In this document: in pieces, positions 26,677 to 36,339 of the stretch
Position numbering within the stretch: position 1 is the stretch's first letter
How the letters are laid out: each line of letters opens with the position of its first letter
DNA from: Bacteroidota bacterium
Lineage (GTDB): Bacteria; Bacteroidota; Ignavibacteria; UBA10030; UBA8401
NCBI GenBank assembly: GCA_030679145.1
Contig: JAUXTU010000036.1
Coordinates: 86,480-150,479 of the forward strand
Reading direction: 5' to 3'
DNA length: 64,000 bases
The notes under the pieces: generated by a model
The model's input: the letters and a program-made list of their open reading frames with translations, nothing else
Database searches by the model: none
What the model was told of the DNA's origin: nothing
Program-made: the position numbers and the translations under genes

Positions 26677-27435
26677 TTATTGTTTTGTGTAACGTGAATA
26701 AGTAAATATTGATGACCTTAAAATACCCAGTTTATTCAACCTAAATTGTATCGCCGTTTTCAAACAGCCCAATCCATATTTTACGCTTCGTGAAAAATTG
26801 ATGGATGAAGCATCGGCAAAATATTTTGCTGGACAAGTGATCTCGCCGACTCGAAAATCGGCGTATAAAATCTGTGAAAGCATTTCATTGTCAAAAACAA
26901 AATCGTTCGAGTTTCCATTGAACGGGATCGATTCTAACACGGTGCGTGTGAATGCCCGATACCCGGTATGATATTCCGATAATTTTGCTCCCATCAATAG
27001 ATTCTGAACAAGAGTTAAAAACCGATTACTGATGTATTTATACAGAGGCATTCCGCCGCTCATTGCTTTTCCGCCAAGGATTCTTGATCCGAGGACAACA
27101 TCAAACTCTCCTGATTCAAGAAGGAATGACATCGCTGAGATCAATTTCGGTGTATACTGATAATCAGGATGAAGCATTACAATAATGTCGGCATGTTGTA
27201 ATAGCGCAGCATTATAACATGTTTTTTGATTACCACCGTACCCAAGATTTTTTTCGTGCTCAATAACCTGAATGGAAAGTTGTTTTGCAACGCTAACGGT
27301 ATTATCGTTGCTTGCATCATCAACCAGAATTACTTCGTCAACAATATCAAATGGGATTTCGCGATATGTAGTTTCAAGGGTTTTTGCCGCATTGTATGCA
27401 GGAAGAACCACGACAATTTTTTTATTTCTGATCAT
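26677..27435 (-). CDS. Family 2 glycosyltransferase, polyprenyl-phosphate sugar synthase (DPM1/ArnC-like).
   Basis: VVLPAYNAAKTL…VILVDDASNDNT…DxD-type motifs. Partnered with the downstream GT-C transferase. Confidence 0.75.
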   Translation of the reverse strand: MIRNKKIVVVLPAYNAAKTLETTYREIPFDIVDEVILVDDASNDNTVSVAKQLSIQVIEHEKNLGYGGNQKTCYNAALLQHADIIVMLHPDYQYTPKLISAMSFLLESGEFDVVLGSRILGGKAMSGGMPLYKYISNRFLTLVQNLLMGAKLSEYHTGYRAFTRTVLESIPFNGNSNDFVFDNEMLSQILYADFRVGEITCPAKYFADASSINFSRSVKYGLGCLKTAIQFRLNKLGILRSSIFTYSRYTKQ

Positions 27436-27473
27436 TTATTCACTATTGGGTCAAATATCCCGATACTTGCGTT

Positions 27474-27553
27474 GTCATTCCGGCGAAAGTCTACGAAGTG
27501 ATGCCTTCGGCACCGGAATCCAGAAACTGGATGCCAGCGTACGCTGGCATGAC
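27474..27553. repeat. Palindromic intergenic repeat, GTCATTCCGGCG…GGCATGACAA type.
   Basis: attccggcg…caccggaat and atgccagcg-tacg-ctggcat hairpins. Confidence 0.6.
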
Positions 27554-27676
27554 AAATACTCCGCAGCTTGTTGCGGAGATGGTTATTAAATAAAGAATTG
27601 AATAAAAGTTAATTTTTTGAAGACAATGTTGAGAGCCTCTTTCAAAAGATACAAAATAAAATCAAAGATATATATT

Positions 27677-30600
27677 CTATAATCGTACCCCAAACACAAT
27701 TCTCCACCGGTATTCAAATTCGTTATCATTTGGTCGAGCAGGATCCTTTATCCAAAGAGGGAAATATACCCCCATCCCAATATTGCCGCTGCGAAAAGAC
27801 GCAAGACGAATGGTTCCCAAATTCAGTTGCAATCCGACACCGGCATCATAGAAAAATTGTTTGAATCGTGTTTTGGTCGAATCCCACAACGTTCCGCCAT
27901 CAGCGAATAATACCACCGGACCTTTTGATACCGCAATATTCATCGTTGTCACATTTCTTGCAATAGTATCACGCTGCAGAAATAAATTTCCTCCTCCCGA
28001 GTTTATAAAGTTGTCACGAAGCGAACGCCCAACGACCGGTGTGCGATGGAACCAACTGTCAAAATTTTCCAGCGGTGTGGATTGTGTCAGGGAATGCGCC
28101 GTCTGCACAGGAACATTTCCAGTTGAGCTTCCGCCGAAGATTCTCCAGTTCATTTTCATGCCAAGAATTGAATAATCCAATTTTGCTTCCGCTGTTAATT
28201 TGGAATAACTGAATGTTGATGTTGGTGTTCCAAACTCATCATCCAATCGAGCGAAGAATTTTCCACCGGAGAAGTTCTCAAGATATTTCAAACTGATAAA
28301 TCCGGCATCAAGATTTCCCGTACGATTCCATTCAGCAGGATTAGCAAGATAACGGTCATCATTCACACGAATGGAAAGAATGCTGGTGGTGATGGTGAAT
28401 GTTTGTTGATAATTTTTCATTAAACTCTTTTTGTGTTCAAATGATTTTTCAATGATCCATTGCCAGCCGCTGAACCCGTCCAACCGAAACAACCGTGCGA
28501 ATGTCGTTAATTGAGGATCCCACAATCGAATCGGAGTAGAATAGGAAAGTTCATAATCGGGAACATCGCTTCGTGTTCCGTATTTTGTGTGGAGTGAAAT
28601 GGCGTGGTCGGTTGCCATATAACTGCCGCTGATGTTTGCTCCGATCTCAATCCCGTCGCGAAGATTGAATCCGAAAGCAGGTGCAGCGTTGATGCGATAC
28701 GCATCGAGTGGAAAAAGCAGAAGATTGGCAAGATTGAATCCATAATCGAACACCACAGGAGGCATGCACCACGAGTTATTCAAGCGGTTGATATCGGCAA
28801 GCTTAATGTCAGGATCGATAACGACATTCTGTATTGATGTAGGAAGCGAATCGATTACAATCTCTGCACGGCGCCCTTTATTCCAAACATTTTCTGAAAA
28901 ACGAATATCGCGGATTGTTCCGTCTGCAAGCGTAAGACGAAGTGTTGCTGGCATGATTGTTTGCTCTTTATTTTCAAGAACGATTGTAGAAATATTTATG
29001 CCATTGCTCTGTTCGTTACGAACATCAGCAACAGCAATATCCAGTTTCCATTTTTGATCGAACCATTGATTCCAGAACCAATCAAGATCTCGTTCCGAAA
29101 CATCTTCGATGGTGTTGAAAAAATCTTGCGGATACGGATGTTTGAACAGCCAGCGGTTATAATATTCCACCATTGCCTTGGAAAATATTTCTGCGCCGAG
29201 AACATCTTCTAACATAACAAGTACAGCTGCCGGTTTTTGATATGCCATTACACCAAATTGGGAATACGATATAGAATACGGATGAGACATGATTGTCGCT
29301 TCATTGTTTGTCAACGCAAAGAGCAGGTAAAATCGTTGTTCAAATAATCGTTCATTCGATTCGGGAAGATTCATCCATGAATATTTTTTCAGAAAATCCT
29401 TATGGATAAGGCCGTTATCACCATTATGATCTTCAACAGCTTTTGAGGTGACAAAGGTATTGAAGCCTTCATCCATGAACGGGTAATTTGTTTCGTTGCT
29501 TCCGATCATCATTGGATACCATTCATGACCGAGTTCATGGGCAATCACGTGATAGAGAAGATTGGTCACCGGATCACCCGAACTTGCATAGATCATCATC
29601 GGATATTCCATTCCATCAACTGGACCGGAAACAACAGTCGCCTGCGGATACACATAGCTGCCGAAATGTTTTGAATTATGCTCAATGACATGCTTTGCCA
29701 TCTGTGCCCCTTCATCCCAATTCGATGCGTCACTCATCAACAATGGAAATGAAGCACGGAATTCATTTGGATGATAGAACGCATAGATGCGAACGCCGTT
29801 ATTCGTCATCGTTCCATCCCATACAAAGTTTGCCGAAGCGGCAAATGCAAAATCACGGATATTCTCCGCAATGAATTTCCAAACCGCTTTTTCTTCATTG
29901 ATGCTGTCTGCAGTCGCCTTAATTTCATCGGGAAGAATAATTCGTGTTGTTGAGTCGCGTGAGAGTGAGTTAAACCGGTGCAATTGCGAAGGAGTAAGAA
30001 CGTCGTTCGGATTAGTCAGTGTTCCCGTTGAGGCGATGACGAAATTTTTCGGCACCGTGATCTCAACGTCCCAGTTTCCATATTCAAGGTAGAATTCAGA
30101 GATTCCTAAGTATGGGGTTCTATTCCAGCCGCGCTGATCGTCATATACCGCGATTTGCGGATACCATTGGCTGATGCCAAAATCATTCCCCGAACGTCCC
30201 GTACGAAGCGAAGGATCTTTTGGAATATCATATCTCCACGTGACCGTAATAGTCGTTGATGTATTGGGAAGCAGTGATGATGGAAGTTCAGTTTCCATCA
30301 ATGTTTCATCAATTTTGATGGATGGTTTTATTCCATTAATAGAAATGTCTTCGATGGTGATACCCTCTGTTGTTGCAACGATTCGGCTCAACTCTTCATT
30401 GTTTTTTCTAGGAGAAGAATCTTTGCGAAAAATATTTTGATAAAGATGCCACACTAACGTTTTCAACGTGTCGGGTGAATTGTTATAATAGACGATTGTT
30501 CCCGTTCCCCGTAATTCATTCTTTTCAGGAAAAAGTTCTGCCTTCATAGAATAATCCACCCGTTGTTGCCAATATGAAGACGATGGTGATCCGTTGGAAA

Positions 30601-30679
30601 GGCGCGTTTGGTCTTTTGCGAAAAATGATTGGAAACAAAAAAATGAGAGGATGGTAAAAAAGAAAAGAGAAGTTTTCAT
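27677..30679 (-). CDS. M1-family zinc aminopeptidase domain fused to a C-terminal region of about 400 aa predicted to be an Omp85/Bac_surface_Ag-like beta-barrel.
   Basis: Signal peptide. GMEYP (a GAMEN variant) followed by HELGH-x18-E, the gluzincin signature. The C-terminal region is rich in alternating hydrophobic residues and ends …FYDAGVGLQLNLGTIRLASFR…YRWRIVFGVRL. Confidence 0.6.
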   Translation of the reverse strand: MKTSLFFFTILSFFCFQSFFAKDQTRLSNGSPSSSYWQQRVDYSMKAELFPEKNELRGTGTIVYYNNSPDTLKTLVWHLYQNIFRKDSSPRKNNEELSRIVATTEGITIEDISINGIKPSIKIDETLMETELPSSLLPNTSTTITVTWRYDIPKDPSLRTGRSGNDFGISQWYPQIAVYDDQRGWNRTPYLGISEFYLEYGNWDVEITVPKNFVIASTGTLTNPNDVLTPSQLHRFNSLSRDSTTRIILPDEIKATADSINEEKAVWKFIAENIRDFAFAASANFVWDGTMTNNGVRIYAFYHPNEFRASFPLLMSDASNWDEGAQMAKHVIEHNSKHFGSYVYPQATVVSGPVDGMEYPMMIYASSGDPVTNLLYHVIAHELGHEWYPMMIGSNETNYPFMDEGFNTFVTSKAVEDHNGDNGLIHKDFLKKYSWMNLPESNERLFEQRFYLLFALTNNEATIMSHPYSISYSQFGVMAYQKPAAVLVMLEDVLGAEIFSKAMVEYYNRWLFKHPYPQDFFNTIEDVSERDLDWFWNQWFDQKWKLDIAVADVRNEQSNGINISTIVLENKEQTIMPATLRLTLADGTIRDIRFSENVWNKGRRAEIVIDSLPTSIQNVVIDPDIKLADINRLNNSWCMPPVVFDYGFNLANLLLFPLDAYRINAAPAFGFNLRDGIEIGANISGSYMATDHAISLHTKYGTRSDVPDYELSYSTPIRLWDPQLTTFARLFRLDGFSGWQWIIEKSFEHKKSLMKNYQQTFTITTSILSIRVNDDRYLANPAEWNRTGNLDAGFISLKYLENFSGGKFFARLDDEFGTPTSTFSYSKLTAEAKLDYSILGMKMNWRIFGGSSTGNVPVQTAHSLTQSTPLENFDSWFHRTPVVGRSLRDNFINSGGGNLFLQRDTIARNVTTMNIAVSKGPVVLFADGGTLWDSTKTRFKQFFYDAGVGLQLNLGTIRLASFRSGNIGMGVYFPLWIKDPARPNDNEFEYRWRIVFGVRL

Positions 30680-30882
30680 AAATTCAACTCTAAATTAAGA
30701 AATGGACAGTATTTACATTGGTTTAGACTTCTAAAAAGTAAAAAGGGTTGCTTAAAATAGGGAAAATCTATCGGGTATAAAACATAAGTTCTTTTGATTT
30801 GAACTGTTTCTAATCCCGAAACCCTCTTAAAAATCCTTTCCTTGCACTTCCTTTCTATAATTAGTATTTTGACTATAGAAAA

Positions 30883-30918
30883 CCCGCCAATCAGCACTTT
30901 CGGCGGGATTTTTTTTGA
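30883..30918 (+). terminator. Terminator-like hairpin plus U-run in the divergent intergenic region upstream of lepA.
   Basis: cccgcc-aatcagcactttc-ggcggg followed by ATTTTTTTTT. Confidence 0.4.
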
Positions 30919-30948
30919 GGCTTGTTGAACATTGAATACTTAGAATAA

Positions 30949-32754
30949 ATGAATCAAATCAGAAATTTCTGCATAATTGCTCACATTGACCACGGTAAAT
31001 CTACGTTGGCTGACCGCTTGCTCGAATTTACAGGTCGTATCACCAAACGGGATCTGACGACAAATCAGGTTCTGGATGATATGGATTTGGAACAGGAACG
31101 CGGAATAACGATTAAGTTGCACGCCATTCAGATGGAATACAAGGCAAAAAACGGCGAAACATATACTCTCAACCTTATTGATACACCCGGGCACGTTGAC
31201 TTTACATATGAAGTTTCGCGTTCGCTGGCTGCATGCGAGGGAGCAATTCTTGTTGTTGATGCGTCTCAAGGAGTAGAGGCACAGACGATCAGCAATTTGT
31301 ATCTGGCGATCGATTCGGGTTTGGAAATTATTCCGGTGATGAATAAGATCGATCTTCCTTCAGCAGCAACAATGATGAATACTGTTAGAGATGAAGTGAT
31401 CGGTCTGATGGGATGTAAAGATGAAGAGATTATCCGCGCAAGCGCAAAAGCAGGAATTGGTATTGAAGATATTCTTGAAGCAGTGGTGCATAGAATTCCT
31501 GCACCGAAAGGTGATCCGGAAAAACCGCTGCGCGCGTTGATCTTCGATTCAAAGTTCGATGTCTATCGCGGTGCGGTTGCATATGTGCGCGTTGTTGACG
31601 GCGTGTTGAAAGAAAAAGAAAAGATCAAATTCATCAACAACGGCAACACTGCGGAAATTGAAGAATGCGGCGTACTCTATATGAATAAGAGCCGCACCAA
31701 AGAATTGACAGCAGGAAATGTCGGCTATGTAATTGCGGGATTGAAAAATGTGCGCGATACAAAAGTGGGCGATACGATCACCACACAATATCATGGTGCA
31801 ACGGAAGCGCTTGCAGGATACAAAGTAGTGAAGCCAATGGTCTTCAGCGGATTGTATCCGACGAACAGCGATGAGTTTGCGGAACTTCGCGACTCGCTCG
31901 AAAAACTTGCACTCAATGATTCGTCTCTTATTTACGTCCCTGAATCATCCGGTGCGCTGGGATTTGGTTTTCGTTGCGGATTTCTTGGATTGCTTCATAT
32001 GGAAATCATTCAGGAACGATTGGAACGCGAGTTCAATCAATCGCTCATTACTACGGTACCGAATGTGGAATTTCGAGTGATCCTCACGAGCGGCGAAATG
32101 ATAACTGTGGATAATCCTGCCGATATGCCGGATCCAACAAAGATAGAACGAGTAGAAGAACCGTTCATTAAAGCACAGATCATTACGCCAACGGAATATA
32201 TTGGTAACATCATGAAACTGGCGACTGACCGACGCGGCATTTGGAAAAACACCAGTTATCTCGATCCAACCCGTGCAGATATAACATATGAATTTCCATT
32301 GTCTGAAATTATTTTTGATTTCTACGATAAATTAAAATCATTAACGCGCGGTTATGCATCGCTTGATTATGAATATCTGGATTACAGGGAATCGAATCTT
32401 GTGAAGTTGGATATCTTGCTCAATGCTGAACAAGTTGATGCCTTATCAACCATTGTTCATCACGATAAAGCATTTGAAACGGGAAAAAAACTGTGCGTGA
32501 AACTAAAGGAACTTATCCATCGTCAAATGTTTGAAGTGGCAATTCAGGCGGCGATTGGAAGTAAGATTATTGCTCGAACATCGATCTCTGCAATGCGGAA
32601 GAATGTAATAGCAAAATGTTATGGCGGTGATATTTCCCGAAAGCGCAAACTTCTTGAAAAACAAAAAGAGGGAAAAAAACGTATGAAACAGGTCGGACGG
32701 GTTGAGCTGCCGCAGGAAGCATTTCTCGCCGTATTGAAAATGGGGGATGACTAA
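30949..32754 (+). CDS. lepA: Elongation factor 4 (LepA).
   Basis: [26 protein letters not shown]…, a canonical LepA N-terminus and GTPase motifs. 601 aa. Confidence 0.95.
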   Translation: MNQIRNFCIIAHIDHGKSTLADRLLEFTGRITKRDLTTNQVLDDMDLEQERGITIKLHAIQMEYKAKNGETYTLNLIDTPGHVDFTYEVSRSLAACEGAILVVDASQGVEAQTISNLYLAIDSGLEIIPVMNKIDLPSAATMMNTVRDEVIGLMGCKDEEIIRASAKAGIGIEDILEAVVHRIPAPKGDPEKPLRALIFDSKFDVYRGAVAYVRVVDGVLKEKEKIKFINNGNTAEIEECGVLYMNKSRTKELTAGNVGYVIAGLKNVRDTKVGDTITTQYHGATEALAGYKVVKPMVFSGLYPTNSDEFAELRDSLEKLALNDSSLIYVPESSGALGFGFRCGFLGLLHMEIIQERLEREFNQSLITTVPNVEFRVILTSGEMITVDNPADMPDPTKIERVEEPFIKAQIITPTEYIGNIMKLATDRRGIWKNTSYLDPTRADITYEFPLSEIIFDFYDKLKSLTRGYASLDYEYLDYRESNLVKLDILLNAEQVDALSTIVHHDKAFETGKKLCVKLKELIHRQMFEVAIQAAIGSKIIARTSISAMRKNVIAKCYGGDISRKRKLLEKQKEGKKRMKQVGRVELPQEAFLAVLKMGDD

Positions 32755-32827
32755 TAGAAAGTTAAAAATGTAAAGTATAAAGTGAAAAACTTGAAAAGCC
32801 AATTTGACACCTTAAAGTTAAACGCCG

Positions 32828-33325
32828 ATGAGTAATCCAATCATAAAACAAGAAAACATTGTTTCACAAATTCACTTTATTCGCGGAGAGAAAGTTATTA
32901 TCGATGTGGATTTAGCGATACTGTATGGTGTTGAGACAAAAGTATTGAAACAAGCAGTTAAAAGAAATATTAAACGCTTTCCAGTTGATTTCATGTTTCA
33001 ATTGTCTAATGAAGAATTTCAAATCTTGAGGTCACAATTTGTGACCTCAAGTTGGGGTGGTGCGAGATACCGCCCTTTTGCTTTTACTGAACAAGGTGTC
33101 GCAATGCTTTCTGGAATTTTAAACAGCAAACGTGCAATAGAAGTGAATGTTGAAATAATGCGCACGTTTGTAAAATTGCGCCAGTGGCTTTCTTCGCACA
33201 AAGAGTTAGAACGGAAACTTGATTCAATGGAAAAGAAATACGACGGACAGTTTAAGGTAGTGTTTGAAGCGATACGGTTATTGATGAAAGAAGAAGTAAA
33301 ACCAAAACACAAATTAGGATTCTAA
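32828..33325 (+). CDS. ORF6N-domain (KilA-N-like DNA-binding) protein.
   Basis: Conserved ORF6N stretch …[58 protein letters not shown]…. Confidence 0.7.
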   Translation: MSNPIIKQENIVSQIHFIRGEKVIIDVDLAILYGVETKVLKQAVKRNIKRFPVDFMFQLSNEEFQILRSQFVTSSWGGARYRPFAFTEQGVAMLSGILNSKRAIEVNVEIMRTFVKLRQWLSSHKELERKLDSMEKKYDGQFKVVFEAIRLLMKEEVKPKHKLGF

Positions 33326-34336
33326 ATGGCAAAAGAAAATAAAGAAAACAAAGCAAAAGAAACCGAAAAGACGCTTACATGGAAAGAAAACATGGTAGCA
33401 CAGGTGAAGGAATTCATTATTGTGTTTGGCGGATTTTTACTGCTCAATAATTTTGTCATCGCCTCATTTCTTGTGCCGACCGGTTCAATGGAAAAAGAAG
33501 TTCTCACGGGTGATTTTTTAATGGTGAATAAGTTCATCTATGGTCCTTCCACTCCCCGCAATATCATGTTCACCGATATTCGTCTCCCTTGGACAACGCT
33601 TCCGGGATTTAAAGATGTGCAGCGCGGCGACGTGATCGTATTTGAATTTCCCGGAATGAGAGAAGAAGTAAAACCCGATGCATTTACATTCTATCTAAAG
33701 CGGTGTATGGCGCTTGGCGGCGATACACTTGAGATTAAAAATCGTGTTGTGTATATCAACGGACAGCCCGCACCGATTCCAAAAAATATGCATTTCGATC
33801 AAATGCGGATTATTCCTCCATCATATCAGGATGAACGTTCATTTCCTCCAACCGCTGGATTCAACGAAGATAATTACGGACCGCTTGTTGTTCCCCAAAA
33901 AGGAATAACAATGACGATCACTCCGGAAAATTTTGCATTATGGGAAACGTTCATTAAACGCGACGGACATACTCCCGCATTGAGCTCAGACGGTACCGTA
34001 ACGATCGATGGAAAAACTACGAACACATATATTGTTGAAAAAGATTACGTCTTCGGTATGGGAGATCATCGTGACAATTCATTGGACAGCCGTTTCTGGG
34101 GATTTATTCCGCGGGAAAATATTGTCGGCACACCGATGTTTGTTTATTTTTCAGTTGAGTTGACGGATGAATATCGTGCAGAGCTTGCAATGAAAGGTGA
34201 ATCGATGAGAATGGAATGGATCTATACTTCCTTCTCGGGACACAATATGATTCTTGATATTTTAACGAAGATCGTCATAACAGTATTCAATCCCGAAACG
34301 ATCCGCTTCAGCCGTATCGGCACGGTTATCGGTTAG
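33326..34336 (+). CDS. lepB: Signal peptidase I (S26 family), copy 1.
   Basis: Catalytic Ser box PTGSMEKEVLTGDFLMVNKFIYG. Lys box region GDHRDNSLDSRFWGFIP. Confidence 0.85.
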   Translation: MAKENKENKAKETEKTLTWKENMVAQVKEFIIVFGGFLLLNNFVIASFLVPTGSMEKEVLTGDFLMVNKFIYGPSTPRNIMFTDIRLPWTTLPGFKDVQRGDVIVFEFPGMREEVKPDAFTFYLKRCMALGGDTLEIKNRVVYINGQPAPIPKNMHFDQMRIIPPSYQDERSFPPTAGFNEDNYGPLVVPQKGITMTITPENFALWETFIKRDGHTPALSSDGTVTIDGKTTNTYIVEKDYVFGMGDHRDNSLDSRFWGFIPRENIVGTPMFVYFSVELTDEYRAELAMKGESMRMEWIYTSFSGHNMILDILTKIVITVFNPETIRFSRIGTVIG

Positions 34337-34339
34337 GAA

Positions 34340-35089
34340 GTGACGACAATGTGGCGAACGATCCGTGACGGCACGATCATTGTTTTTTTTACGTTATTCT
34401 TCGCCACATGCCTGAAATCCTGTATCATTGATGCATATAAAATTCCTACTGCATCGATGAGTGAAACACTTGTTGCCGGAGATTTTCTTCTTGTAAACAA
34501 GTTCATTTACGGCGCGCGGACACCCCAAAAATTCCTGTACATTTCACTTCCGCATTTTCAATTTCCAAAACTTGCAGGGATCCATCGAGGAGATGTGATC
34601 GTATTTGAATTTCCCGGTGAGCCAAACGAGGCAATCCCTGTGCGAAATTTATTTCTCGTAAAACGGTGTATCGGACTGCCGGGTGATACAATCGATATTA
34701 CAAATGGAACGGTTCATTTAAATGGATTAAACGCCGGAGCATTGCAAAAAGCATCTAAAGATTTTCCAATTACTGTCATTCCATCAAAAGGAATGATGAT
34801 CAATCTTGATTCGACAACATTTACAAAATGGAAAGTTTTTATTCAGCGCGAGGGAAGTTCTGTTGAACAACACGGGAACATCATTTTGATAGACGGGCAA
34901 GAGCTTTCTTCGTACGTTGTAAAGAAGAATTATTATTTTGCACTTGGCGATAACATCAATAATAGCGCAGACAGCCGCGCGTGGGGATTCATTCCCGAAG
35001 AAAATGTTGTGGGAAAAGCAATGGTGATCTATTGGTCGAAAACAGACGATGGGATCCAATGGAATAGAATTGGAACACTAATCAGATAA
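34340..35089 (+). CDS. lepB: Signal peptidase I (S26 family), tandem paralog.
   Basis: PTASMSETLVAGDFLLVNKFIYG and GDNINNSADSRAWGFIP. Confidence 0.85.
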   Translation: MTTMWRTIRDGTIIVFFTLFFATCLKSCIIDAYKIPTASMSETLVAGDFLLVNKFIYGARTPQKFLYISLPHFQFPKLAGIHRGDVIVFEFPGEPNEAIPVRNLFLVKRCIGLPGDTIDITNGTVHLNGLNAGALQKASKDFPITVIPSKGMMINLDSTTFTKWKVFIQREGSSVEQHGNIILIDGQELSSYVVKKNYYFALGDNINNSADSRAWGFIPEENVVGKAMVIYWSKTDDGIQWNRIGTLIR

Positions 35090-35091
35090 TA

Positions 35092-36252
35092 ATGGCAAGT
35101 CTGTACTTACATATTCCGTTCTGCGAACACAAATGCATTTATTGCGACTTCTATTCCATTGAGAATATGAGTTCAAAGGATCATTTTCTTTCTGCTTTAG
35201 AGTTAGAAATTGTTCGCCGTGCAGAAATGTTCTCTTCAGAAGAAACAATCGAAACGATCTTCTTTGGGGGCGGAACACCGTCGCTTCTTTCCGCACAGCA
35301 ATTTGAAAAAATATTTTCTCTCATCCATAAACATTTTCGTATTCAGACTGATGCAGAGATCACCTGCGAATCGAATCCCGGAACTGTTGAATTGAATAAA
35401 CTCAATGAATTCCGTTCTGTCGGATTCAATCGAGTCAGCTTCGGAATTCAATCATTTCATGATGACGATCTGAAATTTTTAACACGCATTCATTCTGCAG
35501 AAGAAGCTGAACGTGCCGTTGAAAGTGCATATCGTGCGGGATTTGACAATGTGAGTTGTGATCTGATCTTTGCGTTACCCAATCAAACTCCGTCAAGATG
35601 GAAAGAGAACCTAAGGCGCGCGATAGCATTGCAGCCAAAACATATTTCCGCGTATGCACTCATCGTTGAAGATCAGACGCCGCTTGCAACAATGGTGAAG
35701 AATAAATTGGTCGCGCCGCTTCCGGATGAAGAAGATGCTGAGTTATATGAAATAACGATCGACACTCTCCGTTCAAATGGATATGAGCAGTATGAAGTTT
35801 CAAATTTTGCAAAACCGGGGTTTTATTCCCGCCATAATTTCAATTATTGGAATCACGCGAATTATATCGGGCTTGGTCCATCAGCGCATTCATTCTGGAA
35901 AGATTCGTCGACAACCGGAAAACCCGCCACGTCGGGCAAGCGTTGGTGGAATGTTCGGAGTATTCAAAGTTATTGCGAGATGCTGGAACGGGGAGAATAT
36001 CCTGTTGTTGGCGGCGAAGAGATTGATTCCAAAAAATTTTTTAATGAAGAGATATTTTTAGGATTACGAAGCAAGGGTATCGATCTGAAAAAACTGTACC
36101 CACTCTACGGAGAAGATGTTTTTTCCATGAAACAGGTGATTCTTGTCGAGATGGAACAGGAGGGATTGCTTTTTCGTCAAAACAACATCATTTCACTCAC
36201 GTCTAAAGGTTATGCTGTGTGCGATGAAGTGGCAGCAAAATTGATCTTCTGA
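35092..36252 (+). CDS. hemW: Radical-SAM heme chaperone HemW (coproporphyrinogen III oxidase-like).
   Basis: LYLHIPFCEHKCIYCDFYS, a CxxxCxxC radical-SAM motif in the HemW/HemN context. Confidence 0.85.
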   Translation: MASLYLHIPFCEHKCIYCDFYSIENMSSKDHFLSALELEIVRRAEMFSSEETIETIFFGGGTPSLLSAQQFEKIFSLIHKHFRIQTDAEITCESNPGTVELNKLNEFRSVGFNRVSFGIQSFHDDDLKFLTRIHSAEEAERAVESAYRAGFDNVSCDLIFALPNQTPSRWKENLRRAIALQPKHISAYALIVEDQTPLATMVKNKLVAPLPDEEDAELYEITIDTLRSNGYEQYEVSNFAKPGFYSRHNFNYWNHANYIGLGPSAHSFWKDSSTTGKPATSGKRWWNVRSIQSYCEMLERGEYPVVGGEEIDSKKFFNEEIFLGLRSKGIDLKKLYPLYGEDVFSMKQVILVEMEQEGLLFRQNNIISLTSKGYAVCDEVAAKLIF

Positions 36253-36339
36253 TTTTCTTTTGAAAATCGGCACTTTCAAAGTATATTTACACACTATTGT
36301 ACTATATAGTACGTTGTTTTTCCCACTAAAGAGGTAGTA

